Part shown: piece after piece, positions 28,793 through 39,749 of the stretch
Position numbering within the stretch: position 1 is the first letter of the stretch
Layout: every line of letters starts with the position of its first letter
Assembly (NCBI GenBank): GCA_964523905.1
Contig: CAZFYQ010000001.1
Span: 121,739 to 185,738 of the forward strand
Direction: 5' to 3'
Origin: an uncultured Gammaproteobacteria bacterium
Lineage (GTDB): Bacteria > Patescibacteriota > Microgenomatia > Daviesbacterales > UBA10151
Length of the DNA: 64,000 nucleotides
Notes under the pieces: generated by a model
What the model was told of the DNA's origin: nothing
The model's input: only the letters and a program-made list of their open reading frames with translations
Databases searched by the model: none
Program-made: the position numbers and the translations under genes

Positions 28793-28866
28793 ATTTGGAG
28801 CTTTAAAAATGGCCGTATGGCCACTAAATTATTATACCTGGTTTAACAAGTCTAAACAAGATCGAG

Positions 28867-29892
28867 TTAGACTCGGCGACCCTTTTTCCTAGCCATCTCA
28901 ATTAGCCAATTAATTCGATAGGCTATTTTGCTTAAACTTAAGTCTCTGGCATGTAAATATTCAATATCATCTCCACCAAAACCTCTTTTAAAGATTGATA
29001 CTCCGTAGAAACGATGGTTAGTTTCACCCTCAGGAGCTACCCCCCAGAGATTATATTTTTTTAACCCTCTTTTTTTGGCTTCTAACATGGCATGCCACTG
29101 GATCAAATATGCACCGGGAAATTTTCTACCCTCCTGCGTGCTGGCACCATAGTGATAATCTGCCTCATTGCCATAGAAAATAATAAAAGCTTGAGCTAAT
29201 TTCTTTTTTCCTAAATATGCAGTGTATAAAACCGCTTGGTTTTCGCGAGCAAAAATCTCAAATTGCTCTTTTAAGAATTTTTTATTAAATGCTACAAATT
29301 TTTGTCTTTTGGCTGTTTCAATTTGTAATGCGTAAAACTCATCAATATCGGAAGTGTCTTGACTTTCTTTAATTGTAATATTTTCCTTAAGTGCTTGTTT
29401 TACTTCGTAACGGGTATTTTTTCGCATGCTAGACATCAGTTCCTCCTCAGATTTGCTAAGATCAATCTGACTGGTTAACTCGGCGTGTAAATGCATAGGA
29501 GCACTTGTAAAACCCAGTCCTTCAAATAATCTGGCATTATTTTCATTTTCTAAAATCTGGGGTCTACATCTTACAAAACTACATTTATTTTCTTTGCCAA
29601 TTTTGATAATTATCTCTCTAAAGGTTTCAATAGTATTGGCATCTTCAAAGTTGATTAAGGGGCCGCCGGGAATAGTTAAATAGGTGGCTCGTTTGGCTTT
29701 TTCAACAATTGCCAGCATCACTCCGGTCAGCTTTTCACCTTGATAAAAACCAACCCTTCTAATAACTTTTCCTAAATTTTGATGAAACTGCCCCCAATTA
29801 TAGCTTTGCAAAAAATTAGCATTAGGAAAGATAAGGACAAAGTCCTCCCAAATCTTTTTGTCAGTGACTTCTTCTACTGTGATTTTAGCCAT
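28867..29892 (-). CDS. FemAB/FemX-family peptidoglycan bridge aminoacyltransferase
   Basis: FLQSYNWG, GP, IDLSKSEEELM...KNTRY, YLIQW, YNLWG, GV..FKRGFGG. Confidence 0.92.
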   Translation of the reverse strand: MAKITVEEVTDKKIWEDFVLIFPNANFLQSYNWGQFHQNLGKVIRRVGFYQGEKLTGVMLAIVEKAKRATYLTIPGGPLINFEDANTIETFREIIIKIGKENKCSFVRCRPQILENENNARLFEGLGFTSAPMHLHAELTSQIDLSKSEEELMSSMRKNTRYEVKQALKENITIKESQDTSDIDEFYALQIETAKRQKFVAFNKKFLKEQFEIFARENQAVLYTAYLGKKKLAQAFIIFYGNEADYHYGASTQEGRKFPGAYLIQWHAMLEAKKRGLKKYNLWGVAPEGETNHRFYGVSIFKRGFGGDDIEYLHARDLSLSKIAYRINWLIEMARKKGRRV

Positions 29893-30972
29893 TGGTTAAC
29901 TAGGTTAGAAATATTTCTTGCATCATTTTCATTAACATTTATATGAGTTGGTAAATTTAATATTTGGCTGGACACAATTTCTGCATTGGGGCACTGATTG
30001 GTATAGTCAGTTTGATTAAGATATTTTTTAGGTGCGATAGGCGCATCATACCAAATATCAGAAATAAATATTTGTTTTTGGCTTAAGAATTTAATTAAAT
30101 CAGCTCTTTTTTCTACAAATATCGGAAAGCGTAAGTTTGAGGAAAATTCTATTTGTTTGACTATCTTGGAGGATAGAATTTTTGGATTAATTAATTTTGC
30201 ATAGGTTTGTGCAATTGTTTTACGGTGACTTAAATTCTGGTCTAATTTTTTAAATTCTTCATATACTAAATCAGCGCTTAACATTTGTCCCTGACTATTC
30301 ATAGGATTTGATAAAAGTCTTAAATTCTTTAAGACAAAGTGCATGAATTTACCTAATCCAATTGGGTAAGTATTTCTGATCAAATAAGTAAATAAGGGAT
30401 ATAGTCTATCGTTCAATTAAAGCACCTCCTGTTACAGTATCAATCATTTTGTCCTGGCTAAATGATAACACTACAAAATCACCTACAGTTCCTGCTTCTT
30501 GCCGATTACTATATCTGGTACCGACTGAATGAGCCAAATCCTCAATTAGTATGACTTTTTTCTTTTTACAGAGTTGAGAAATTCTTTCGATATCACAAGG
30601 ATAACCCAAAGTATTTTGAATTATTACCACTTTAATTTTTTGATTTTTTTCCAGATGTTTTTCAAGAGTCTTTGCTGAGAAATTTAAATCATCTTTTGCA
30701 ATATCTAAATATTCAACATCCAGTCCGGCTTTTTTAATCGCCTCGTATACGGCAAAACAGGTAAATCCATTAATTGCTACTGTTCCTTCTGATAAATTAG
30801 TTTTTTTAAGAGCCAGCTCAATTGCCTGACGGCCTTTACATAATAGTGTAGCTTTACCCTGGTATTTTTCTTCCAGAAAAGCTTTTAATTTCTTATCATT
30901 ATTACTGGCAAATAATGCTCTTATAGCGAATCCAAAATTATAATTAGAACCTAAAGAATTAAAGATACTCAT
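29874..30972 (-). pseudogene. DegT/DnrJ/EryC1/StrS PLP aminotransferase split by a frameshift (ORFs 30406-30972 and 29874-30416)
   Basis: N half has LIEDLAHSVG and SFSQDK...GGAL then stop; C half in another frame ends CPNAE....ILNLPTH. Confidence 0.75.
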
Positions 30973-31639
30973 TGATTATTTTTACTACCTCCTTTGGATG
31001 GGTAAATTGGGGTGAATGTCTGGCGTCTTTAATAATACTTAATTTAGAGTTTTTAATTAAAGAATGCATTAATTTTCCGTCAACCAGTGGTGTAACTTTG
31101 TCTTCTTGTCCCCAAATAATTAAGGTAGGAACTTTAATTTTTTCCAGTAGATGAGCAATATCTGAAGTGATTAAATTTACCATGGTTTTTTTAACTATTG
31201 ATGAAGCTTCATAATAATCTCTTTCTCTGGTAAATTTGTAAAGTATTTTTTTTAATCTCTCAGAGCTGGTGAGATTTTTTCCTATTTTTGCAACCCCTTT
31301 AAAAAATAATCTTTTTAATCTAATTGGTAATTCATTATGATAAATGCCCGCACTATCTATCAAAACTAATTTAGAAACTTTATCAGGATATTTATTGACA
31401 AAGGCTAAAGAGATTCTTCCCCCATTTGAATGTCCGATTAATACAACCTTGCCTTTTTGCCCAACTACTTTTTTATTTAACCACTCAACATAATTATCCA
31501 GCTGCCAGATTTCTTTTAACTCTTCGGTTAGACCAGGAATTTTCAAAAATTCCACATCATTTTTCTCTTTTAATAAATCAATAAAATTTGACCATTTCTC
31601 CGTTGAATAGGTCCAGCCGTGTAATACTAAAATTTTCAT
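30959..31639 (-). CDS. Alpha/beta hydrolase
   Basis: LHGW, GHSNGG nucleophile elbow, PTLIIWG.ED, H; ATGA overlap with murF. Confidence 0.92.
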   Translation of the reverse strand: MKILVLHGWTYSTEKWSNFIDLLKEKNDVEFLKIPGLTEELKEIWQLDNYVEWLNKKVVGQKGKVVLIGHSNGGRISLAFVNKYPDKVSKLVLIDSAGIYHNELPIRLKRLFFKGVAKIGKNLTSSERLKKILYKFTRERDYYEASSIVKKTMVNLITSDIAHLLEKIKVPTLIIWGQEDKVTPLVDGKLMHSLIKNSKLSIIKDARHSPQFTHPKEVVKIINEYL

Positions 31640-32877
31640 AGTCCCCATTTCTTTCTTCTTTTTTGCCAGACTTTTTCCCTGCGACAAAGTTTATGGATAT
31701 CATTTTTATCTTTTAATAAGTGTTCGATCACTCCTTCTAAAAATCTGGCTCCTTTAAAAAATAATATCTCTCCCCCACTAATATTTTGCTGCAAGTAGTG
31801 CAATACCTCATCTGGTCTTTCAAAACTAACAATATTTAATTTTGGTGCCAGTTCTTTAAGTTTAGGTAAAGTATATTTAATCATTCTTGGGCCCATTAGA
31901 ATGATCCTGCTCAGGTGTGCGTCAGCAATCAACTTAGCTAAATTTTGATGCTCAATCTCTTCTTCTTTTCCCAGCTCTACCATATCGGATAAAATTGCCC
32001 ATTTTTTAGCACCAGGATAAACCTTATACAAATCTAAACTTGCCATCATTGAAGCTGGTGTCGCATTATAACTACCGTCTATAATAATAGTGTTTTTAAT
32101 GCCTTTAAAAACAGAACTACGTCCAGGAGGTAAAATGAAATTCTTAAAATTGCTATTAAAATTAAAGTTTAAATAATCCATTAACATTTTAGAAGCACTA
32201 ATAGAATAAAAATTTTCTTCGGGAAGCAAAAACTTAAATAAGTATTGATTGCCATCTATTCTAAATCGTGAAGCATTATGAGTAATAGTATAATTTTCTA
32301 AATGATTTTGTTGGTGAATCGGCTTGACAGTAGCTTTGGTATTTGAGATTTGCTGGATAATTAAATCACTATCGCCGTTTATTATTGCCAAATTAGAAGT
32401 GTACTTTAAAAAGTTCCCGAACTCTTTAGCAATGGCGTCAAGATTTTTAAAGTTCATGCTATGTGTATAAGATACCGTTAGCCAAATAGTTACCTCTGGT
32501 TTAAGTAAAGAGCCGAGGAATTTTCCCTCGTTTGGGCGGTCACAATCTGCTTCAACAATATAAATATTTTCCTTGGGCGGAGATTTAAATGCTTTAAATG
32601 GAGCCTTTAAAAAAAGTACTGGCCATTCCATGATTTTTAATTCTTTTCTATCGATCCCTAAAATATTAAAAGGAATTCCAAAACTGCTGTTGGCATGATG
32701 AGAATATTTGGCCCGATTATTTAGTTGAGATTCAATTAAATGCAGTAAAGTGGTTTTACCATTTGAACCGGTAATTACAATTATCCGCGGTTTCCAAAGT
32801 TGTAGTTGTATCTTGGCAAAAAATCTAAAATACCAGGCTACGGGAAAATAAAAAGTCTTTTTTAAAGCGCGTAGCAT
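31636..32877 (-). CDS. murF: MurF-like Mur ligase
   Basis: ITGSNGKTT, PPGR, IIDGSYNATP.SM, DMVELG, FKG. Confidence 0.85.
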   Translation of the reverse strand: MLRALKKTFYFPVAWYFRFFAKIQLQLWKPRIIVITGSNGKTTLLHLIESQLNNRAKYSHHANSSFGIPFNILGIDRKELKIMEWPVLFLKAPFKAFKSPPKENIYIVEADCDRPNEGKFLGSLLKPEVTIWLTVSYTHSMNFKNLDAIAKEFGNFLKYTSNLAIINGDSDLIIQQISNTKATVKPIHQQNHLENYTITHNASRFRIDGNQYLFKFLLPEENFYSISASKMLMDYLNFNFNSNFKNFILPPGRSSVFKGIKNTIIIDGSYNATPASMMASLDLYKVYPGAKKWAILSDMVELGKEEEIEHQNLAKLIADAHLSRIILMGPRMIKYTLPKLKELAPKLNIVSFERPDEVLHYLQQNISGGEILFFKGARFLEGVIEHLLKDKNDIHKLCRREKVWQKRRKKWGL

Positions 32878-32878
32878 T

Positions 32879-34210
32879 TTATTTAAAAATCCTTTCCACC
32901 GCTTGATTAAATTTACTGCCTCTATCAAATTCATTCTGAAATAAATTAAATGAGGTGGCTGCCGGAGAAAACAAAATAATATCGCCTGTTTTGGCAACTG
33001 TTTTAATATCAGTTAATAATTTTTCTAAATTATCATAGGTTCCGGCAATTTTATCAGCCGGTACTGCTTTTTTGATTTCTTCGGTGACATCCCCCGCAAG
33101 AAAGAATACAGTTTTGGCTTTAGTTGCTAGCTGTTTTGCATATTCTTTATAGTCCAAGTTTTTATTCATTCCCCCTGCTATTAGTATAGAATTGGGAAAT
33201 GCATCAAGGGCTGAAATACCGGAGGTAGGATTAGTTGAAGCAGTGTCGTTAATTATTTGGATACCCTGCCAAGTTTTAATCAGCTGTAACCTAAATTCTA
33301 CGCCTTTGAAATTTTTAATTGCCTCTTCGGCATCCTTCAAAGGGATTTTCAAGCTTTGTAGCAGAGCTAATGCAGCGGCGAAGTTGCTTAAGTTGTGATT
33401 GCCTTTTAAAACGGGATTAAAATCACTAGGTAGATCAGTTTTGCTATAAAAAATTACTTGAGCAGATAAACCATCTGTAAATTTTGGGTTGTTTAAAATA
33501 CTATCTTCTCTGTTGAGAAGTAAAAAATCATCTTCAGTCTGGAATTGAGTTATTAACCTTTTTGCTGCAATGTATTCATACATTCCTGAATAGTAATTTA
33601 AATGATCTGGGTGGATATTGGTGATGACGGCATATTTGGGAGAAATTTTATGAGGAATTAATCCCTCTAACTGAAAAGAAGAAATTTCCAGTACGACTAA
33701 AGTGTTTTTTTTGATAAGGGGAATGGTTTCTAGAACACTTGTACCAATGTTTCCGACCAATACAGCATCTTTCCCGTTTTGCCTTAACCCTTCATAAATT
33801 AAAGCAGCGACTGTAGATTTACCTTTGCTGCCAGTAATACCAATTATTTGTGAGCGGTCAACTACTTTAAAGAAAATGCCTAAGTCCGTTTCAATTGTTT
33901 TATTTTTTTTGCGAGCGTATTCTAAATATTCATTTTCCCGTTTCACTGCCGGGTTTTTAATAATTAAATCTGCCCAATCAATATCCTCATGTAGATGTTT
34001 TTCTAAACTGTAAGTGATTTCCGGAAAAGATTTTAATTCTTCTATAGAAGGTTTTAAGTCTTTGGCGGATTTTAAATCAGTAATTCTAACAACAGCACCT
34101 TTTGCTGCAAAAAATTTAGCCGCGCCTACTCCTCCTTGATTTAAACCTAATCCAAAAATTAGTACTTTCTTATTCCTGTTTAATACTTTTAAATTCCCGA
34201 AATTGTCCAT
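32879..34210 (-). CDS. murD: UDP-MurNAc-L-Ala:D-Glu ligase
   Basis: GLG...G, IGITGSKGKST, LEISSFQLE, PDHLNY, NDTASTN, LFSPAATSF..F.N...RG..F. Confidence 0.95.
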   Translation of the reverse strand: MDNFGNLKVLNRNKKVLIFGLGLNQGGVGAAKFFAAKGAVVRITDLKSAKDLKPSIEELKSFPEITYSLEKHLHEDIDWADLIIKNPAVKRENEYLEYARKKNKTIETDLGIFFKVVDRSQIIGITGSKGKSTVAALIYEGLRQNGKDAVLVGNIGTSVLETIPLIKKNTLVVLEISSFQLEGLIPHKISPKYAVITNIHPDHLNYYSGMYEYIAAKRLITQFQTEDDFLLLNREDSILNNPKFTDGLSAQVIFYSKTDLPSDFNPVLKGNHNLSNFAAALALLQSLKIPLKDAEEAIKNFKGVEFRLQLIKTWQGIQIINDTASTNPTSGISALDAFPNSILIAGGMNKNLDYKEYAKQLATKAKTVFFLAGDVTEEIKKAVPADKIAGTYDNLEKLLTDIKTVAKTGDIILFSPAATSFNLFQNEFDRGSKFNQAVERIFK

Positions 34211-34256
34211 ACTATGTTATTATACTTGTTTCTGGCCACAAATTCTTTGTAACAAC

Positions 34257-35054
34257 ATGAACAACGCAGCGATTGGTATATTCGATTCTGGTATTGGTGG
34301 ATTAACTGTAGCAAAAGAGATTGTAAAACAGCTTCCTAACGAGAGTATTATTTATCTAGGCGATACAGCTAGAGTGCCTTATGGTACCAGGTCAAAGGAA
34401 GTAGTTACCCAATTTGCCAAAGAATTAACTGATTTTCTTTTAAAAAAGCAAGTGAAATGTTTGGTTGTAGCTTGCAATACTATATCTGCATTTGCTTTGG
34501 AGGAAATAGAAAAATATGCTAAAGTCCCCGTGATTGGAGTAGTAAAACCAGCTGCAGATGAAGCTGTTAAGGTGACTAAAAATAAGAAAATTGGGGTAAT
34601 TGGTACTGATGGAACAATTCGAAGTCTGGCCTATGAGGAAGAAATTCACCGACTTGACCCTGCAGTAAAAGTTTTCTCAGTAGGTTGTCCGCTTTTTGTG
34701 CCACTGGCAGAAGAGGGTTTAGATAAACATGAAGCTACTAGGTTGGTAGCTGAAGATTACTTGGAAGATGTAGTGAAATCAGGTATAGATACCTTGATAC
34801 TGGGATGTACACACTATCCTCTGTTACTAGAAACTATCAAACAGACAGTAGGTCCAAAGGTAACACTGGTGGATTCCGCAATTCCCACCACACGTATTCT
34901 TAAGCAAGTACTGGAAAAAGAAGATTTATTAGCCAGATCAAATACTTCCACTTGGGAATTTTTTGTTACAGATGCACCAGAGCAGGTATACCAAATTGCT
35001 TCCCGGTTTTTTGGGACTGATTTAAGCAGTAAAATTAAGAAAATAACACTCTAA
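34257..35054 (+). CDS. murI: Glutamate racemase
   Basis: IGIFDSGIGGLTV, DTARVPYG, VACNT, LGCTHYP. Confidence 0.97.
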   Translation: MNNAAIGIFDSGIGGLTVAKEIVKQLPNESIIYLGDTARVPYGTRSKEVVTQFAKELTDFLLKKQVKCLVVACNTISAFALEEIEKYAKVPVIGVVKPAADEAVKVTKNKKIGVIGTDGTIRSLAYEEEIHRLDPAVKVFSVGCPLFVPLAEEGLDKHEATRLVAEDYLEDVVKSGIDTLILGCTHYPLLLETIKQTVGPKVTLVDSAIPTTRILKQVLEKEDLLARSNTSTWEFFVTDAPEQVYQIASRFFGTDLSSKIKKITL

Positions 35055-35058
35055 ATTT

Positions 35059-35592
35059 GTGAAACCAAAAATTATTTCCGAAAAAGTAGTTTATAAAAGT
35101 TCTTTAACCAAAATAATTGCTACTAAAATAAAATTCTCCAATAATAGAGTTGCAGATTGGGAATATATTGATCATGCTAATGGTGTTGGTATCTTAGTAT
35201 TAGATAAAGCTAAGAATGTTTATTTAGTTAAAGAATGGCGTCCGGCATGGAAAGACTATGTCTTACAAATTCCGGCCGGTGGTTGTACTGCAAGTGATGA
35301 AAAAGGACGAATCAAGCAAGTGCATAATGAATTAAGAGAAGAAATCGGTTTAGACGCTAAGAAAATTAAGAAACTGATTTCTTTTATGGGTTCGGCAAAA
35401 ATTAATTATATGCCATATATTTATTTGGCAACAGATCTATTCCCCTCCACAAAAGCTCCTGATGAAGATGAATATGTGGAGGTTATAAAAATGCCTTTTA
35501 AAAAAGCTTACCAAATGTTTGTATCAGGAAAAGTGTTAACTACCAGTTACACGTTAGTGGCGTTTTTAATGGCAAAAGATTTAGCTAACTGA
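35059..35592 (+). CDS. NUDIX hydrolase (ADP-ribose pyrophosphatase-like)
   Basis: IPAGG...NELREEIG Nudix box, DEDEYVEV. Confidence 0.85.
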   Translation: MKPKIISEKVVYKSSLTKIIATKIKFSNNRVADWEYIDHANGVGILVLDKAKNVYLVKEWRPAWKDYVLQIPAGGCTASDEKGRIKQVHNELREEIGLDAKKIKKLISFMGSAKINYMPYIYLATDLFPSTKAPDEDEYVEVIKMPFKKAYQMFVSGKVLTTSYTLVAFLMAKDLAN

Positions 35593-36803
35593 TCAATATT
35601 TCCTGCTCCCATAAAAAAGATTATATCTCCCTGATTTACTTCTGTTTTTAAAATACCTCTTAAATCTTTTTCCGGGACATAATCAATATTACTTTTGCTG
35701 ACAGCATCTGCCAGTTGTTTGCTGGAAACTATTCCGGTATCTGCCTCGCGGGATGGATAAATATCCAGAAGTATAGTTTGGTTAACTGGCAAATTTGTAA
35801 AAGTCTTCACGAATTCTTTAAAAAGTCCTTTGGTTCTGGAAAACATATGCGGCTCATATACCAGCCAGATATATTGATCGGGAAATTTTTCTCTGGCAGC
35901 TTCCATTGTGGTTTTAATTTCTGTTGGATGATGACCAAAATCAGTATAAATATCTGCTCCTTTGTATGTTCCTAGAAATTCAAACCTTCTTCCAATCCCT
36001 GAATAATTATTTAAGCTATTTCTGATAATTTCCGGATTAATACCCAGTTGTAGTCCTACCTCAAAAGCTGCAGTAGCATTTAAAATATTAAACTGCCCAG
36101 GTATTTTTAAATTTAAATCATACTGATTTTTGGAATAATCAAAACCAGTTACGCTAGACTTTTTCATCACATCTTTAAAAATTTCCGCCACAATTGGATC
36201 AGATAAGTTTCCCAAAATGATTTTTTTAGTTTGTAGTAAAAACTCTTCAAAACTATTCTGATAACTATTAAAATCTTTAAAATATTCCGGGTGGTCCATT
36301 TCAATATTTGTTACCACAGCAATATCCGGAAAGTAATTTAAAAAATTATCATAGGCCTCATCTGCCTCAATCACGAAATATTTGCCTTTCCCTACTCGAT
36401 AATTATTTTTCCACTTCGGGACCACCGCACCTAATAACACGCTAGGATCTAACTTAGCATCTGTTAGAACCTTAGCAATCATGGCAGTAGTTGTGGATTT
36501 GCCGTGAGTACCGGTAACTGCAATAACAAATTTGTCTTCTAATAAATATTTACCAACAAATGCTTGCCAGGTTAATACCTCCAAACCCTGTTTTTTGGCT
36601 TGGACTAATTCTGTATTTTTTGGATCAAAAGAAATAACTGCTGGCGTAATTGCCAAAATATCAACATCTTTTAAATGTTTTGGGTCATGACCCTCCAAAG
36701 ATAAATCACATCCAGTGACTGTAAACCCTTGGGCTTTAGCCAGTTCTGCAGCTGCTGAAGCGCCACTCCCTGCTATTCCCAAAAAATGCACTCTCGTTTT
36801 CAT
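35547..36803 (-). CDS. murC: UDP-N-acetylmuramate:L-alanine ligase
   Basis: HFLGIAGSG, VTGTHGKSTTT, EADE, TNIEMDH, GIGRRFE, DFGHHPTE, MGAG. Confidence 0.95.
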   Translation of the reverse strand: MKTRVHFLGIAGSGASAAAELAKAQGFTVTGCDLSLEGHDPKHLKDVDILAITPAVISFDPKNTELVQAKKQGLEVLTWQAFVGKYLLEDKFVIAVTGTHGKSTTTAMIAKVLTDAKLDPSVLLGAVVPKWKNNYRVGKGKYFVIEADEAYDNFLNYFPDIAVVTNIEMDHPEYFKDFNSYQNSFEEFLLQTKKIILGNLSDPIVAEIFKDVMKKSSVTGFDYSKNQYDLNLKIPGQFNILNATAAFEVGLQLGINPEIIRNSLNNYSGIGRRFEFLGTYKGADIYTDFGHHPTEIKTTMEAAREKFPDQYIWLVYEPHMFSRTKGLFKEFVKTFTNLPVNQTILLDIYPSREADTGIVSSKQLADAVSKSNIDYVPEKDLRGILKTEVNQGDIIFFMGAGNIDQLAKSFAIKNATNV

Positions 36804-37858
36804 AGAATTTCCCTAAGCATTAATTTTACATCTTTTAGTGTATGTGTGGGAAAATTAGCAATTCTAATTTGAGATGCTTTATTATCCCCGTATCCTGCTC
36901 CAATTAAAAATCCTTTTTTTGCTAATTTTTTTCTTATTTTTTCTGAATCGTTGTTAACATCAAAGACTAAAGTAGTTGGAGATAAGAATTTCTCAGTTTT
37001 GATGGCTGTAGAATATTTTGAATGATTATTAAAAAAAGCATAAATTAACTTCGCTTTTTGTGTTATTTCCTGTCTGATGTTTTTTATTCCTTTTTTTAGC
37101 ATATCCATTGTAATTTGATTTAGTAAATAAATCCCCAAAACATTGGGAGTTTCTGGAGTCTGATACTTTAAGGCTTTTGAGGATAAATTTAATAAACTAT
37201 GATAGCTTCCGATACTCACACCTTTATCTAAAAGACTTTTTGCTTTTTCCAGCATTTTAGGTCCTACAATCATTACTCCCAAGCCTGCTGGCATACCAAA
37301 TCCTTTTTGTACAGAAAAAAATGCGATATCAACATAACGAAAATCAATTTCTACAAAAGGTACAGATGAAACAATATCAATTGCGATAAGTTTTTCAGGA
37401 AATTTTTTCTTTAAACTATAAATTTCTTCCATTGGAAACCAAAATCCGGTAGAAGTATCATTTTGGGTAATGCAAATAATTTCAGCACTAGCAGGAACTT
37501 CAATATTCTCTAAACTATCTTTTACATCATATGTAATGACATTTTTCCCCAGTTGTTTGGCATATTTTGCCCAGGTATTGCCAAATGAACCAGTGATAAT
37601 ATGGAAGGAATTTTTCTGAACAGTTCCTTGGATAATTCTTTCCATACTTTCTAAAGCAGAAGAGACAAAAAATATTTGATAATTTTCCGGGATGTTCATT
37701 AATCTTTTTAGATTGACAGTTGTATCCTGATACAATTTAGTAAAATCTTTTCCCCGATGACTTATTGACGAAATTTCCAATTCCATAGCCTTTTTCAGAT
37801 GTTTATATAGAGTTGGATAAACTTGTGATGGTCCGACTGTAAAAAAGACTCTTTTCAT
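36800..37858 (-). CDS. serC: Phosphoserine aminotransferase (class V PLP)
   Basis: FTVGPSQ, SHRG, QNDTSTG, D.VSS, FSVQKGFG, TPETPN; adjacent to serA. Confidence 0.85.
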   Translation of the reverse strand: MKRVFFTVGPSQVYPTLYKHLKKAMELEISSISHRGKDFTKLYQDTTVNLKRLMNIPENYQIFFVSSALESMERIIQGTVQKNSFHIITGSFGNTWAKYAKQLGKNVITYDVKDSLENIEVPASAEIICITQNDTSTGFWFPMEEIYSLKKKFPEKLIAIDIVSSVPFVEIDFRYVDIAFFSVQKGFGMPAGLGVMIVGPKMLEKAKSLLDKGVSIGSYHSLLNLSSKALKYQTPETPNVLGIYLLNQITMDMLKKGIKNIRQEITQKAKLIYAFFNNHSKYSTAIKTEKFLSPTTLVFDVNNDSEKIRKKLAKKGFLIGAGYGDNKASQIRIANFPTHTLKDVKLMLREIL

Positions 37859-37859
37859 G

Positions 37860-39749
37860 TTAATAGAGAACTCGAAATCTAATAGTATCCGGAATATTTT
37901 TTAAACTATTTAGTACTTTTTTGTTGTATTTTTTATCCACATCAGTAATAACATAACCAATTTGCTCTTCGGTTTTTAAATACTGACCTTTAATATTAAT
38001 TTTTGCTTCTGCTAGAATCCGATTAATTTCTGCCAGAATTCCGGGAACATTTTTATGTAAATGTAATAATCGATGTGACCTTTTCTGTTCTGGTAATTGT
38101 AAATTGGGGAAGTTAACTGATAAATAGGTACTTCCGGAATTTATAAAACTGATGATTTTTTCCGATACAAAGTCAGCAATTTGTCGCTGTGCTTCCTCAG
38201 TAGATCCGGCAATATGTGGGGTTAAGATCACATTTGGTAAATTTTGCAGAATTGATTTAAAGATATCATCTTTTGCTCTTGGTTCCTCAGGGAAGACATC
38301 TATCCCTGCTCCTTGTACTGTGCCTGATTTAAGATATTTAGCTAGAGCTGTAAGATCTACATTTTTGCCCCGGCTTAGATTTAGAAAAATCACTCCTTCT
38401 TTCATTTGCGCAAATTCTTTTTCACTAATGAAATTAATATTAGCTTTATCCCCGCTAATATGTACAGAAATAATATCAGAACTTCTTAAAAGCTCAGATA
38501 AATTATTCATTTTTCTGGCATTTCCCATGGGCAATTTTTCTACAATGTCATAATAGATCACCTGCAGACCAATGCTTTCTGCTAAAACAGAAAGCTGGGA
38601 ACCAATATGACCATAGCCAATTATTCCTAAGGTTTTCCCTCTTATTTCATTTGATCCAAGAGCGGATTTATCCCAAATTCCCTGATGTAACTTATTGTTT
38701 TTTTCAAGGGTTTGTCTCATTAGCATAATCATTTCACCTAAAGCTAGTTCAACAACTGATCTAGTATTTTGAAACGGGGCATTAAAAACAGCAATACCTT
38801 TTTCTGTTAACGCCTCTAAATCCATCTGGTCCGTGCCAATGCAAAATGCTCCAATTACTTTTAATTTATTGGCATTTGTTAAGACTCTTTTGGTAATTTT
38901 GGTTTTGGAGCGAATTCCTAAAATTTGGATATCCTCAATCTTTTTTGATAGTTCAGTTTCGTCCAAGGCATTTTTTAATAATTCTACCTGATAACCTTCT
39001 TTCTCTAGAGCCGTTTTAGCTGATTCCTCGATATTTTCAAGTAGTAAGGCTTTAATTTTTGATTTGGGATAAGAAATTGACATTGGTAAATTTTGACTAA
39101 ATAAAAATTCATCAAAGTTACCCACTATGTGATCTGCAGTCTTGGTAACAGCTTCTCTACTGGCAGTTTCAATATAAGCAATAAATTTCTTTGCAGCTCC
39201 CAAATTCTTTATTTGTAAATCAGTAAAACCATCACCTAAGACAATAATCTCGCCATTTAATCTAAGACTTTTTACGGCCGTGACTTTTCCGTTATTCTTA
39301 GAAAGAGGATTCTTACTTTCAAATCCTAAAACAGTTCCCTTTTTATCAAATCTAAATGAATTAGCTAGAATATGATTTCTGGGAATGCCAAGTTTATTGG
39401 CAATCGGTTCTACATATTCAATAAAACCGCCGGTGATCAGATAGACACTATCCTTATAATTTTTGAAAAACTTTTTATTTCGCAGTACTGATGGTGAAAT
39501 TTTCCTTTTTAGGATCTTTGTGACATTCTGAATATGAGATTTATTAATTTTAAGTAGGGAAATTCTCTTTTGGAGACTTTCTTGAAACCCAATTTTTCCC
39601 TCCATACCTTTGGCCGTAAATTCCTGGATTTTTTTTAATACTGAATCTTTTTGAGGATTATTTTTTAAAACAATTTTTGCAAGCTCGTCAAATCCCTCGG
39701 TCTGAATAATAGTTGAATCAAAATCAATAATAAAATACTGCTTGTCCAT
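37860..39749 (-). CDS. serA: Fusion: HAD phosphoserine phosphatase + D-3-phosphoglycerate dehydrogenase + ACT
   Basis: N-terminal IIDFDST, TGGF, GDGFTD; GIRSKT, FCIGT, GYGHIG, LTPHIAGSTEEAQ; HKNVPG ACT domain. Confidence 0.93.
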   Translation of the reverse strand: MDKQYFIIDFDSTIIQTEGFDELAKIVLKNNPQKDSVLKKIQEFTAKGMEGKIGFQESLQKRISLLKINKSHIQNVTKILKRKISPSVLRNKKFFKNYKDSVYLITGGFIEYVEPIANKLGIPRNHILANSFRFDKKGTVLGFESKNPLSKNNGKVTAVKSLRLNGEIIVLGDGFTDLQIKNLGAAKKFIAYIETASREAVTKTADHIVGNFDEFLFSQNLPMSISYPKSKIKALLLENIEESAKTALEKEGYQVELLKNALDETELSKKIEDIQILGIRSKTKITKRVLTNANKLKVIGAFCIGTDQMDLEALTEKGIAVFNAPFQNTRSVVELALGEMIMLMRQTLEKNNKLHQGIWDKSALGSNEIRGKTLGIIGYGHIGSQLSVLAESIGLQVIYYDIVEKLPMGNARKMNNLSELLRSSDIISVHISGDKANINFISEKEFAQMKEGVIFLNLSRGKNVDLTALAKYLKSGTVQGAGIDVFPEEPRAKDDIFKSILQNLPNVILTPHIAGSTEEAQRQIADFVSEKIISFINSGSTYLSVNFPNLQLPEQKRSHRLLHLHKNVPGILAEINRILAEAKINIKGQYLKTEEQIGYVITDVDKKYNKKVLNSLKNIPDTIRFRVLY

